Assembly (NCBI GenBank): GCA_964456235.1 | Contig: CAYWDX010000001.1 | Location: 125,935 to 189,934 of the forward strand | Source: an uncultured Candidatus Saccharibacteria bacterium | GTDB lineage: Bacteria > Patescibacteriota > Minisyncoccia > UBA6257 > 2-01-FULL-56-20 | Reading direction: 5' to 3' | DNA length: 64,000 nt | Shown: one piece after another, positions 9,430 to 18,738 of the stretch | How the letters are laid out: the number at the start of each line of letters is the position of its first letter | Position numbering within the stretch: the first letter of the stretch is position 1 | The notes under the pieces: generated by a model | Seen by the model: only the letters and a program-made list of their open reading frames with translations | Database searches by the model: none | Told to the model about the DNA's origin: nothing | Made by a program: the position numbers and the translations under genes

Positions 9430-9449
9430 GGGGGTGATTCGGCTTTGGT

Positions 9450-9971
9450 CTATCCTCGCGAAAATACCCTGCCGTGGGCTGTCAACGTATACCCATTCGC
9501 ATTGCTCACCAGGTCAAAAGTGTCAACCGCTATGAGAAATCCGGACGATTCAGTTTCCGCATCTTTGAGGAATGCAACGAGGTTCGCTGCGGAGCCGCTT
9601 GCCGTGATGGTGAAGCCGTCGCTCGCTGGCACATTGGCAGTCGTCGGAGCATTCACGCCCGTGAATGCGGCGGTGGCGGCAACACTATGGGACAGTCCGA
9701 CCCCAGTGACCCAGTCCGGGAAGCCGATGAGGCTGTCGTGCGATGGCAATAATTTTTGCATCGCCGCAAGATAGGGCATCGTGGTCGAAGCATCATTTTT
9801 TAAAACGGCGAGCTGGCTCACGATTGAATTTTGCTGGTCAATAAACGATTTATCCGAAATAATTTTGTCGCTTTGCGCCGCCAGGTCGCTTGAAAAGGAA
9901 TAAGCGCCGAACGACACGCCGGCGATTGCAATGACAATGACACACAGACCCACGATCCACTCCCGCTTCAT
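9450..9971 (-). CDS. Membrane-anchored hypothetical protein (PilO-like topology, weak)
   Basis: N-terminal TM (WIVGLCVIVIAIAGVSFGA), then a helical segment and a small globular domain. TgtTACAAT lies 6 nt before the ATG. No diagnostic motif. Confidence 0.55.
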   Translation of the reverse strand: MKREWIVGLCVIVIAIAGVSFGAYSFSSDLAAQSDKIISDKSFIDQQNSIVSQLAVLKNDASTTMPYLAAMQKLLPSHDSLIGFPDWVTGVGLSHSVAATAAFTGVNAPTTANVPASDGFTITASGSAANLVAFLKDAETESSGFLIAVDTFDLVSNANGYTLTAHGRVFSRG

Positions 9972-10049
9972 ATGTTCATTGTAACATTTAGATTAAAATT
10001 TGATTAAGCACTGCTTGTGTTTTTGCGCGCGCTCGGCTAGGGATGAATT

Positions 10050-11087
10050 ATGCACGAATCTTTTTTCTACAACGCGCTCGCCAGTGCGGTAGACGGCGAT
10101 CGGAGAACATTAATCGGCATTAAGAAAAAATGTGGGTCATGGGAACGGGCCTATGCCCTGCACCGAACCATACGGCGCCCCGACGATGCATTCACCGTGC
10201 CGGACGCAGAAAAAGCATGGGCGGAGCTTGAGCGTTTCGATGTTCGCCTGGTGATGGCGGGCGAGCCAGATTACCCGACCCTGCTCAAAGAAATCATCGA
10301 TCCCCCATTCGGCCTCTATATATTAGGGAGGCTCCCAAAGGAGCCGTACTTTGCCGCAGTGGGCACCCGCCGGGCAACCCCGGAAGGAACGGCCACCATG
10401 CGCAGGTTTACTGCGACGCTCGCGCGCGCCGGATTTGCGATTGTGAGTGGCCTTGCCCTTGGCATGGATGCGGCGGCTCACGAGGGCTGCCTGGAGGGAG
10501 GCGGCACAACCATTGCCGTTTTGGCTGGCGGCTTGCACGATGTTTACCCCGGCGAAAACAAAAAGTTGGCAGAAAAAATTCTCGCGCAGGGCGGCGCATT
10601 GGTGTCGGAATATCCGATCGGATCACCGCCATATCCGAGCCGCTTCATCGAGCGCAATCGGATCATCGCCGGGCTTTCTCGCGGCGCGCTGATCATGGAA
10701 ACTCCTGAAAAGTCAGGTGCGCTCGCCACGGCGCGCCTCGCGATGGAAGAAAACCGCGACGTGTTTGTGGTACCTGGCGCGATTGCGAATAAAAACTATG
10801 AAGGGTCGCATGCGCTGATCCGTCAAGGGGCGGAGCTCGTGACGTCGCCCGAGCAAATTTTAGAATCGTATGGGATTATGCCGCGGGAAAATATAGATCG
10901 CGTAATCATCGATGCATCATCCGAAGAAAAGCAGGTTTTAAAAGCCCTGCGCGATACTCGCGCCCCACTCGACGTTGACAAAATTTTGGCGGCGACTAAA
11001 CTGGAACCCCAAACCGTGAACCGGACGCTCGCGTTCCTTCTTTCTAAAGATTTGATTAAAGAGCGCAACGGCAGGTATACAATATAA
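10050..11087 (+). CDS. dprA: DNA-processing protein DprA (Smf)
   Basis: Rossmann-like DprA core (GTRRATPEG...SGLALGMDAAAHEG...RNRIIAGLS). Conserved dprA-topA adjacency. Confidence 0.9.
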   Translation: MHESFFYNALASAVDGDRRTLIGIKKKCGSWERAYALHRTIRRPDDAFTVPDAEKAWAELERFDVRLVMAGEPDYPTLLKEIIDPPFGLYILGRLPKEPYFAAVGTRRATPEGTATMRRFTATLARAGFAIVSGLALGMDAAAHEGCLEGGGTTIAVLAGGLHDVYPGENKKLAEKILAQGGALVSEYPIGSPPYPSRFIERNRIIAGLSRGALIMETPEKSGALATARLAMEENRDVFVVPGAIANKNYEGSHALIRQGAELVTSPEQILESYGIMPRENIDRVIIDASSEEKQVLKALRDTRAPLDVDKILAATKLEPQTVNRTLAFLLSKDLIKERNGRYTI

Positions 11088-11093
11088 AACACT

Positions 11094-13331
11094 ATGGAAC
11101 TGGTAATCGTTGAGTCCCCCACCAAAGCGAAAACCATCGGGAAATTCATCGGAAAAGAGTTTACGGTGGAATCTTCCTACGGTCACGTGCGCGACCTGCC
11201 GAAAAGCAAGGTTGGCATTGATGTTGAACACGATTTTGAGCCGCAATACGTAATTCCGAACAAGGCGAAACCCGTGGTAGCAAACTTGAAAAAGCTGGCC
11301 GCCGATGCGGATGGCGTGATTCTCGCGACCGATGAAGACCGCGAAGGCGAAGCGATCGCGTGGCACCTAGTCACCGCGCTCGGGCTCGAGAAGCACCGCG
11401 AAAAAATCCAGCGCATCGCTTTCCACGAAATTACCGAGTCGGCGATCAAGAAGGCGTTGCAGAACCCGCGCGAGCTTGACCTAAACCTGGTTGACGCGCA
11501 GCAGGCGCGGCGCGTGCTCGATCGCCTGGTGGGCTATGGCTTGTCGCCATTTTTGTGGCGCAAGGTCCGCTACGGACTCTCGGCCGGGCGCGTACAGTCG
11601 GTCGCGGTGCGCCTCGTCGTCGAGCGCGAGCGGCAGATCCAAAAATTTAAGCAGGAAGAATATTGGATGATCGAAGCAAATTTTGCACAAGCCGGAAAAA
11701 CGGCCACGTTCCCCGCCACGCTCATTTCAATCGGAGGGAAATCGCTTGGCAAAATGGAGATTTCGAGCGGGCGCAAGGCAAAAGAAATAATAGAGGGGCT
11801 GAAGGGCGCAAATTACCACGTCGCGAATATTGCCGTCAAAGAAGTGCGGCGGAACCCGGCCGCTCCGTTCACCACCTCCACCTTGCAGCAGGAAGCCGCG
11901 AGGAAGCTGGGCTATTCTGCAAAACAAACCATGGTGGTCGCGCAGAAATTGTACGAGCGCGGGTTCATCACCTATATGAGAACCGACAGCGTCCATCTCG
12001 CGGAGACGGCGCTCGCAAGCGCGCGCGACGTGATCGGCGCAGAATTTGGAAAAGAGTATGCGCTCCCCGAACCGCGGCGCTATGCAACGAAGAGCAAGGG
12101 CGCGCAGGAAGCGCACGAGGCGATCCGTCCAACCGATTTGCGCGCGACGTCCGGCCACGCCCTCGGCATCAAAGAACGCAACGATCTTCGCCTCTATGAT
12201 TTGATTTGGAAGCGGACGATCGCGTCGCAAATGAAAGAAGCTCTTCTCGAACAGACGGCGGTGGACATCGAGGCGGAGACGGCGAAAAAAGAAATTTTCC
12301 GCGCGAACGGGCAGGTGGTGAAATTTGACGGATTCATCCGCGCATATACCGAAGGCCGCGACGAAGAAGACAAGGCGGGCGGCGAATTGGAAGGCGAATT
12401 GCCTAAATTGGCGGAGGGCGCGAAGCTTGCTGCAAAAGAGGTCAAGCCGATCCAGCACTTCACGGAGCCTCCCCCGCGCTACACCGATGCGACGCTCGTA
12501 AAGGCACTCGAAACCGAGGGTATCGGGCGGCCGTCAACGTATGCACCGACGCTTTCGACCATCCAGGATCGCGGCTACGTGGAAAAAGTTGATAAAAAAT
12601 ACCATCCAACCGACATTGGTTTTGTGGTCAACGATTTGCTCGTCGAAAATTTCCCCGAGATTGTCGACCTTAAATTTACTTCCGAAGTTGAGAAGGAACT
12701 CGACGATGTGGCCGAAGGAAAAATGAAATGGACTGACCTCTGCCGCTCGTTCTACACGCCGTTCAAGAAAGAACTTGATGAAAAGGAGGCGTCGGTCGAA
12801 AAGCAGGTTGAAATTTCGACGACGCCGTGCCCGCATTGCGAAAAACCGATGGTGATCAAATTCGGACGCATGGGCAAATTTCTCGCCTGCCCCGATCCGG
12901 CGGTCAAGGTGACGCTCCCGATGCCGGAAGAAGCCGCCAAAATCCGCGAGCTCGAAGAAAAAACGCGCGACGAGCGCTGCCCGATTTGCGGCAAGCCCAT
13001 GAAAGTGCGGCGCGGGCGCTTCGGTTTCTTTTTGGGATGCACCGATTATCCGAACTGCAAAGGCGTCGCAAAAATTTGGGACAAAACCGGATTCAAATGT
13101 CCGGCCTGCGGCGACAATCCGCTCCGCAACGCGAACCCTGGCGACATTGTCTTGAAAAAATCGCGTGGGCGCGGGAAACCGTTCTACGCCTGCACGCGCT
13201 ACCCCGATTGCACCTTTGTGATGAATAAAAAACCAGAAAGTGACGAAGAACTTGCCGAGGCATATAAAAAGTGGAAAGAAAATCCGCCGAAGCCCAAGAT
13301 TGCTAAAAAGAAAAAGATGGAGGAAGCATAG
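11094..13331 (+). CDS. topA: DNA topoisomerase I
   Basis: TOPRIM start LVIVESPTKAKTI, active-site region GFITYMRTDS, three C-terminal Cys4 zinc ribbons (CPHC..C, CPIC..C, CPAC..C). Confidence 0.97.
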   Translation: MELVIVESPTKAKTIGKFIGKEFTVESSYGHVRDLPKSKVGIDVEHDFEPQYVIPNKAKPVVANLKKLAADADGVILATDEDREGEAIAWHLVTALGLEKHREKIQRIAFHEITESAIKKALQNPRELDLNLVDAQQARRVLDRLVGYGLSPFLWRKVRYGLSAGRVQSVAVRLVVERERQIQKFKQEEYWMIEANFAQAGKTATFPATLISIGGKSLGKMEISSGRKAKEIIEGLKGANYHVANIAVKEVRRNPAAPFTTSTLQQEAARKLGYSAKQTMVVAQKLYERGFITYMRTDSVHLAETALASARDVIGAEFGKEYALPEPRRYATKSKGAQEAHEAIRPTDLRATSGHALGIKERNDLRLYDLIWKRTIASQMKEALLEQTAVDIEAETAKKEIFRANGQVVKFDGFIRAYTEGRDEEDKAGGELEGELPKLAEGAKLAAKEVKPIQHFTEPPPRYTDATLVKALETEGIGRPSTYAPTLSTIQDRGYVEKVDKKYHPTDIGFVVNDLLVENFPEIVDLKFTSEVEKELDDVAEGKMKWTDLCRSFYTPFKKELDEKEASVEKQVEISTTPCPHCEKPMVIKFGRMGKFLACPDPAVKVTLPMPEEAAKIRELEEKTRDERCPICGKPMKVRRGRFGFFLGCTDYPNCKGVAKIWDKTGFKCPACGDNPLRNANPGDIVLKKSRGRGKPFYACTRYPDCTFVMNKKPESDEELAEAYKKWKENPPKPKIAKKKKMEEA

Positions 13332-13364
13332 CTTGTTTCCTCGCGGGGACAGGGCTAGGATTGA

Positions 13365-14864
13365 ATGATGGCGGCCGCTCCTATTCTCGACAACCTCATC
13401 GAAAAAGAACCGAATGGCTTGGTTGCTCAAGCGTTTGCGTTTTCAGAAAAAGCGCACGTCGCACAGGCGCGGCGGTCGGGCGAACCCTACTTCCACCATC
13501 TCCTCGAAACCGCCGAGACGCTCGCCGAATGGAAAATGGATGACGTGACGATCGCGGCGGGACTCCTCCACGACAGCGTCGAAGATACCGGCGTCCCCCT
13601 CGCTGCAATCAAAAAAGAATTTGGCGAAGATGTTTCATCGCTCGTCGACGGCGTGACGAAGCTCGGCCACCTGAAATATCGCGGCGCGGCCGAGAAGGCG
13701 GAGAACATGCGCAAAATGATCCTCGCCCTTTCGGAAGATTTGCGCGTGGTGTTCATTAAACTTGCGGACCGGCTCCACAATATGAAAACGCTCGCGGCGC
13801 TGCCTCCCGAAAAACAAAAGCGGGTGGCGCTCGAGACGGATGAGATCTATGCATCCCTCGCCTATCGGCTCGGGATGCACGGTTTGAGCGGCGAGCTGCA
13901 GGACCTCGCGCTGCCGTATCTGCATCCAAAAGAATACGATTGGCTTTTAAAGACGACGAAGGAACACTACGACGAGCGTTTGCAATATTTGAAAAAAGTG
14001 AAGCCGGCGCTCATGCGCCTCCTCGTGAAACACGACTTGAAGCCGGTCGCGATCGAAATCCGCGCCAAGCGCTACGCCAGTTTGTACAAAAAATTACTGC
14101 GGCGCGACATGGACATCAATAAAATACACGATCTCGTCGCGATGCGCGTGATTTTTGATGGCATCCCCGCCTGTTATGCGGCGCTCGGCGTGATACACGA
14201 AGCGTGGCCGCCCGTCCCCCATCGCATCAAAGATTATATCGCGATCCCCAAGCCGAACGGCTATCGCAGCTTGCACACGACGGTTGCAGGGCCGGGCCAT
14301 AAAACCGTTGAGATCCAAATCAAAACCGCGGCGATGCTCCAGGAAAACGAGTACGGCGTGGCGGCACACTGGCTGTACGACCGGAAGCGGCGCGGCGAGC
14401 CGATCCATTATCGTGGCAAGCGGCTCGCGAAAGAACTGGAGTGGGTCCAACAGCTTGCCGACTGGCAAAAACATTTTGAGAAGCGCGCGGAGAATCCCGA
14501 AGAATTTTTGGAAGCGATGAAAGTGAATTTTTTCACTGATCGTATTTTTGCCGTGACGCCGCGGGGCGACGCTATTGATTTGCCGGTTGGCGCAACGCCG
14601 GTTGACTTTGCGTATCACGTGCACACGGCGATCGGTAACGGCGCGGTCGGCGCGAAAGTGAACGGTACGATCGTGCCGCTCCAGCACCGATTGAAATCCG
14701 GCGACGTCGTCGAGATCCTCGTACAAAAAGGGAAGAAGCCGTCCGAAGACTGGCTCCATTTTGTGAAAACGCACATCGCGCGCGACCACATCCGCCAGGC
14801 GTTGCGCGCGCGGCGGTTGTTCGCGCGCGGTGCAGAATTTTTTAGCCGGAGGATCAGAAAGTAA
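13365..14864 (+). CDS. Bifunctional (p)ppGpp synthetase/hydrolase, short RelA/SpoT homologue (HD + synthetase + TGS)
   Basis: HD hydrolase motif HH...HDSVEDT. Synthetase motifs HDLVAMRVIF, GYRSLHTTV and EIQIKT. TGS segment IFAVTPRGDAIDLPVGATPVDFAY. Ends after TGS with no ACT domain. Confidence 0.9.
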   Translation: MMAAAPILDNLIEKEPNGLVAQAFAFSEKAHVAQARRSGEPYFHHLLETAETLAEWKMDDVTIAAGLLHDSVEDTGVPLAAIKKEFGEDVSSLVDGVTKLGHLKYRGAAEKAENMRKMILALSEDLRVVFIKLADRLHNMKTLAALPPEKQKRVALETDEIYASLAYRLGMHGLSGELQDLALPYLHPKEYDWLLKTTKEHYDERLQYLKKVKPALMRLLVKHDLKPVAIEIRAKRYASLYKKLLRRDMDINKIHDLVAMRVIFDGIPACYAALGVIHEAWPPVPHRIKDYIAIPKPNGYRSLHTTVAGPGHKTVEIQIKTAAMLQENEYGVAAHWLYDRKRRGEPIHYRGKRLAKELEWVQQLADWQKHFEKRAENPEEFLEAMKVNFFTDRIFAVTPRGDAIDLPVGATPVDFAYHVHTAIGNGAVGAKVNGTIVPLQHRLKSGDVVEILVQKGKKPSEDWLHFVKTHIARDHIRQALRARRLFARGAEFFSRRIRK

Positions 14865-14868
14865 AGCG

Positions 14869-15927
14869 CTACAGTTCCCCCTTCCCCAGCCGCTGCATAA
14901 TGCCGCGCAATTCTTCTTCGGAATAAAATGTGATCGTGATCGATCCTTTCGCCTGGCCCTGGTAGATTTCCACCGGCGCACCGAGGTCCATGCTCAACGT
15001 GTCTTGCATCGCTCGCAATTCTGGCGGCAATTTTTCTTCACTCTTCGGCGGACGCCCCCGACGCGGCGTGCCATCCTCGGCGTGCGCCGGAGCCATCCCA
15101 CGATCCACGCGTTCTTTTGCTTCGCGAATCGTCAAATGGTTATGCACGATATCTTCAAAAAGATGTTTTTGCGCGGCCGGTTCCTGGATCGCCAGCAAGA
15201 GGCGCGCGTGGCTCTCCGAGAGCTGCTGATGCTCGACAGCCGCGCGAATATATTCTGGCAGATCAAGCAAGCGCATCGTGTTCGCGACGCTTTCACGCGA
15301 CTTCCCAAGTTTTGCGGCGATTTCGCGCTGCGTCATGCGAAATTCTTCCTGGAGGCGCTGGAACGCGCGCGCCGTCTCGATCGCGTTCAAGTTTTCACGC
15401 TGGATATTTTCAATAACGGCGAGCTCGAGTTTCTCCCGTTCAAGATTTACGTTGCGGATGATCGCCGGAACGCGGGCGAGGCCGAGCGATTTCGCCGCGA
15501 GCAAGCGCCGCTCCCCCGCGATGAGTTCGTATCCGACGTCAATGCCGGTCGGCGATTCCTTTTCAACTTTCGTAACCACGATTGGCTGCAAAATCCCGAA
15601 TTCGCGAATTGAATTTGCGAGATCGCGGAGCGCTGCCTCGTCGAACATGCGCCGTGGCTGCCCGGGATTTGGCGCGATCTTATCTACTTCAATTTGGAAA
15701 ATTGATTCTTGGGTTGGCGGGTCGGCTGGGCGACTGACGACTGCTGGCGCAGGCTTTGAAACCGGTTGGGCCGGCTGCGGCTGCGTCGGCTGCGATTGAA
15801 CTGCTTGGGGCTGCTGCGGCTGTGTTGTTTGCGGCGGGGCGGACTGCGCCGGCGGCGCACTATTCTGATCGCCACTATTGCTACTTCCCTTCTGCGGAAT
15901 CAGCGATTCGAGTCCTTTCCCGAGCAT
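14869..15927 (-). CDS. parB: Chromosome partitioning protein ParB/Spo0J with a P/Q-rich N-terminal insertion
   Basis: GKGLESLIP start, ParB box PNPGQPRR...IREFGILQPIVV, HTH region. About 65 aa of low-complexity PQ-rich sequence lies between the N-terminal peptide and the ParB box. Confidence 0.9.
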   Translation of the reverse strand: MLGKGLESLIPQKGSSNSGDQNSAPPAQSAPPQTTQPQQPQAVQSQPTQPQPAQPVSKPAPAVVSRPADPPTQESIFQIEVDKIAPNPGQPRRMFDEAALRDLANSIREFGILQPIVVTKVEKESPTGIDVGYELIAGERRLLAAKSLGLARVPAIIRNVNLEREKLELAVIENIQRENLNAIETARAFQRLQEEFRMTQREIAAKLGKSRESVANTMRLLDLPEYIRAAVEHQQLSESHARLLLAIQEPAAQKHLFEDIVHNHLTIREAKERVDRGMAPAHAEDGTPRRGRPPKSEEKLPPELRAMQDTLSMDLGAPVEIYQGQAKGSITITFYSEEELRGIMQRLGKGEL

Positions 15928-15943
15928 GGCGGCGAAAAATTAA

Positions 15944-16762
15944 CTAAATATTAAAATTCCCGAAATTCTCGCTCGCGACGACCTCGCGGGGCGCTGTCAA
16001 TTGTTCCTCCTGCGCCAACACTTCACGCGCGAGCGCCGCATAGGCGCGAGCGCCCGGCGAGTCCGGCCGGTAGAGCATGATCGGCTTCGAAAAGCTCGGG
16101 GCTTCGGCCAGCGCGACGGCGCGGGGAATCTCCACGGAAAAAACGTGGTGCGGAAAATGCTCGCGGATGTTTTTCGCCACCTCCCTGCCCAGCCGCTCGC
16201 GGGCGTCAAGCATCGTGATGAGCGCCCCCGTCACGCGGATCGGGTGGTTCAAGTTTGCGCGGATCAGTCCAATCGTTTCCAAAAGCTGGCCCAGCCCTTC
16301 CAAGCTGTAATATTCTGTCTGAACCGGAATCAAAACCTCGTCGGCGGCCATGAGGCCGTTCACCGTAAGCAAACTTAAGCTGGGCGGAAGGTCAATCAGA
16401 ATGTAATCGTACTCGTGGCGTAGGCGGTTGATGAATTTCCTCAAAAAATATTCCCGATCAGGAGCATCGACAAGTTCGACGAGCGCGCCCGCAAGGTGCG
16501 GGGCAGCCGGTGCGAGTTGAAAGTTGTATATAATAGTGGGCCTCACAATTTCGCTATGCGAAGCCGCGCCCAAAATGCCATGATAGACGCTCACCGGGCT
16601 CTTGATGTCGTGCCCGAGCGCGGAACTTGCGTTTGCTTGCGGATCAAAATCCACGAGGAGTACCCGGCGCCCGGCGGCGGCGAGGTAGCTGCCCAAATTT
16701 ACTGAAGTCGTCGTCTTCCCGACGCCTCCTTTTTGGTTGCAAATCGCGATCACCCGCGCCAT
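15944..16762 (-). CDS. parA: Chromosome partitioning ATPase ParA/Soj
   Basis: Deviant Walker A NQKGGVGKTTT, followed by DFDPQANAS. Confidence 0.95.
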   Translation of the reverse strand: MARVIAICNQKGGVGKTTTSVNLGSYLAAAGRRVLLVDFDPQANASSALGHDIKSPVSVYHGILGAASHSEIVRPTIIYNFQLAPAAPHLAGALVELVDAPDREYFLRKFINRLRHEYDYILIDLPPSLSLLTVNGLMAADEVLIPVQTEYYSLEGLGQLLETIGLIRANLNHPIRVTGALITMLDARERLGREVAKNIREHFPHHVFSVEIPRAVALAEAPSFSKPIMLYRPDSPGARAYAALAREVLAQEEQLTAPREVVASENFGNFNI

Positions 16763-16835
16763 ATGCCTTGATTTTACCTTGATAAATCACTATTATCAAT
16801 TCGCAATGGCGCGTTCGTTGGTTCGCGCCGCGTGC

Positions 16836-16918
16836 GCCCGGGTGGCGGAATGGCAGACGCGTTGGACTCAAAATCCAATGATCGCAAGGTCGTGAGGGTT
16901 CGACTCCCTCCCCGGGCA
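16836..16918 (+). tRNA. tRNA-Leu (anticodon CAA)
   Basis: Acceptor GCCCGGG/CCCGGGC, anticodon arm TTGGA-CTCAAAA-TCCAA, long variable arm, T arm GAGGG-TTCGACT-CCCTC. No encoded CCA. Candidate promoter TTGATT(16768)-17 nt-TATTAT(16791). Confidence 0.9.
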
Positions 16919-16921
16919 CGA

Positions 16922-16952
16922 TAATAAAAAAGGGACCGAAATCATCGATCCC
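16922..16952 (-). terminator. Intrinsic terminator after the PHA-system-like gene
   Basis: Hairpin GGGACCGA/TCGATCCC (7 of 8 bp) followed on the minus strand by a TTTTTTAT run. Confidence 0.55.
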
Positions 16953-16988
16953 CTGGCCACGTTGCGGTAATGCTGCCGCAAAGAATGG

Positions 16989-17291
16989 CTAGACAAGCAA
17001 GGCGGTTGCTCGTTCGCGCAGCGTTGATTCTATTTTGCCTTTGAAGGGCAACGCGGCAAAAGGCAGCCTGCTCTCAAGAGCAATCTCCGAATCTCTCACG
17101 GTGAGCGTTCCGGAAACCGAGAAACCCATCGCAGAAAAACTGAATGTGCCAGTATTACCGTTCCAGCTTTCCCGGAGGTCGCTGATCTTGTCGGCGAACT
17201 GCGTTTTGACCTGGCTGAGAAGACTCTTGATGCGAGTGAGCGCCTCGTCCTGAGGAAGACGATGGGAAACGGATATGTTCAAACTTGGCAT
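16989..17291 (-). CDS. Polyhydroxyalkanoic-acid-system family protein (PHA_gran_rgn-like small protein)
   Basis: MPSLNISVSHRLPQDEALTRIK...GNTGTFSFSAMGFSVSGTLTV...LPFKGKIES matches the architecture of this small family. Start moved to the internal ATG, which is preceded by AGGAG at 10 nt. Confidence 0.65.
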   Translation of the reverse strand: MPSLNISVSHRLPQDEALTRIKSLLSQVKTQFADKISDLRESWNGNTGTFSFSAMGFSVSGTLTVRDSEIALESRLPFAALPFKGKIESTLRERATALLV

Positions 17292-17439
17292 TTCCTCTGA
17301 TCTCCTTATGCTGTGACAAGATACATAAGCACCGGCATATGCTAGCATTTATATGCATTATATTCAACAGGGGTTTGACTCTACAAAGGTCAAGGGTGCA
17401 TAGCAAAAAAAGCGGCACCCATGCTGCTGGTAAGTCCGT

Positions 17440-18096
17440 TCAGATTTTTCCTTCTCGATATGCCGGCATCCCGAATAATTCGCTAATTTTTACAAATTCC
17501 AAGCCCTTCGCGCGAGCAGCCTTAATGATAGAAGGCAGGATCGCAATCGTATCCTTTGGCCGTTCAGAATCAATTTTGAGGTCATGTCCGTCATGAAGCA
17601 GGATGATTGCTCCATTCCTTAATTTTTCGGCGATCTCTTTTATCTGTGCCTCTTGCGAGCGGTTGACGCGTGAATAAGCTGATGCCAGTATTGGAATCAA
17701 ATCGAGCTGTTTTAAAATTTTGTCGGTGCCCATGTTAAACGCCAGCTCTGGCGATGGGCGAAAAAAATGGGGATACACTCCGAGCATGTCATAAATTGTA
17801 TTTAATGAATTTTTAACTTTTTCATCAGATGCTTTCTGCCAGAATGATTTCCATTTGGAAAAAATTTCGTCTTGATGAGCGTGCCCTCCGATTTCATGAC
17901 CTTCATCAATGATGCGCTTCACGACCGCCGGCAACTTGCGCATATTGTCAGGAATCAAGAAAAAAGTTGCTTTTATCGAATGTTTCTGAAGAATATCAAG
18001 GATTTCGTCTGTCCATAACGAAGGCCCGTCGTCAAGAGTAAGAGAAATTCGAGGGAGATCTTTGGGCCCGCGACGATATTTGATCAGATACCGCAT
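17440..18096 (-). CDS. Polysaccharide deacetylase (NodB homology domain)
   Basis: Motifs ISLTLDDGP, GHEIGGHA and ILLHDG. The gene is visibly AT-richer than its flanks. Confidence 0.85.
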   Translation of the reverse strand: MRYLIKYRRGPKDLPRISLTLDDGPSLWTDEILDILQKHSIKATFFLIPDNMRKLPAVVKRIIDEGHEIGGHAHQDEIFSKWKSFWQKASDEKVKNSLNTIYDMLGVYPHFFRPSPELAFNMGTDKILKQLDLIPILASAYSRVNRSQEAQIKEIAEKLRNGAIILLHDGHDLKIDSERPKDTIAILPSIIKAARAKGLEFVKISELFGMPAYREGKI

Positions 18097-18127
18097 ATCA
18101 TGATGGTAGCATCTCCTTTGGCGATCA

Positions 18128-18158
18128 CGAAAAATAAAACCTGCCGCGAGGGCAGGTT
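18128..18158 (-). terminator. Intrinsic terminator downstream of the micro-ORF
   Basis: Hairpin AACCTGCC-gcgag-GGCAGGTT (18138-18158) followed on the minus strand by TTTTATTTTT. Confidence 0.7.
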
Positions 18159-18181
18159 CTATTCCAAGATCAAATTATGAT

Positions 18182-18256
18182 CTAGCGGCGAGAGCGCTTG
18201 CGAGAGTGCTTCTTAGATTTCTTCGCCTTCTTCTTGGATGCTTTCCGTTTTTTCAT
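18182..18256 (-). CDS. Candidate 24-aa ultra-basic micro-protein
   Basis: ATG..TAG ORF MKKRKASKKKAKKSKKHSRKRSRR, 17 of 24 residues K/R/H. Lies between tRNA-Leu(UAA) and a strong terminator. Extended -10 (TGcTACAAT) about 60 nt upstream. Too short for the ORF track. Confidence 0.35.
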   Translation of the reverse strand: MKKRKASKKKAKKSKKHSRKRSRR

Positions 18257-18368
18257 TATATTCGTATCGATGAGATTGTTTTCGACCTTTCTTGAACGAC
18301 AAAGTAAGTTCGTTCGTTATAAATTTATTGTAGCATATTGATTTTTCGGCAACGGTGGATAACGGCGG

Positions 18369-18452
18369 TGCCCGGGGTGGGAGTCGAACCCACAAACCCT
18401 TTCGGGTTAAGGATTTTAAGTCCTCTGCGTATACCAATTCCGCCACCCGGGC
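18369..18452 (-). tRNA. tRNA-Leu (anticodon UAA)
   Basis: Acceptor GCCCGGG/CCCGGGC, anticodon loop CTTAAAA, long variable arm, T arm GTGGG-TTCGACT-CCCAC. No encoded CCA. Confidence 0.9.
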
Positions 18453-18480
18453 AGTTTTCAATTCGCATCCTAACGTTAAA

Positions 18481-18514
18481 CGAAAACCAGCTCGGCCGCA
18501 ACGGCCGAGCTGGT
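18481..18514 (-). terminator. Intrinsic terminator after the 68-aa orphan gene
   Basis: 12-13 bp perfect stem CCAGCTCGGCCG/CGGCCGAGCTGG followed on the minus strand by TTTTCGTTT. Confidence 0.75.
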
Positions 18515-18531
18515 GGTTATCTGATGGTTGG

Positions 18532-18738
18532 TTAGCCGCTCCAGTTATTCTCCTCGATTGCAAGAGTGCGTGACTTCCGCTGGGCGACAAATCCACGAGA
18601 GCCGTCCACGAGAAAAACATCGAACCGGCGCGGATCGACGTCCAGCTCGGAGAGCCTAGGATTGTCGCCGCAAACTTCGAAGTGGCCGTTCACGCGCCTA
18701 ACCGGAACCTGCATGTCGAACGGAGGATTGAATTTCAT
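18532..18738 (-). CDS. Hypothetical small protein (orphan) between two tRNA genes
   Basis: The ORF has a GGAGG Shine-Dalgarno 6 nt before the second ATG (MKFNPPFDMQ...) and its own strong terminator. No recognisable motif. Confidence 0.55.
   Translation of the reverse strand: MKFNPPFDMQVPVRRVNGHFEVCGDNPRLSELDVDPRRFDVFLVDGSRGFVAQRKSRTLAIEENNWSG

Noticed and set aside
14020-14045. Searched for parS (TGTTNCACGTGAAACA) near parAB and elsewhere. The closest string is CGTGAAACAC at about 14026.
   Set aside because: Only one half-site matches, and it lies inside the rel coding region. No palindromic parS is present in the window.
16644-16919. ORFs 16644-16919 (-), 18213-18620 (-), 18338-18573 (+) and 18682-18987 (+), which overlap tRNA genes.
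   Set aside because: They run straight through tRNA-Leu(CAA), tRNA-Leu(UAA) and tRNA-Cys. The tRNA cloverleaves are perfect, and the ORFs have no motifs.
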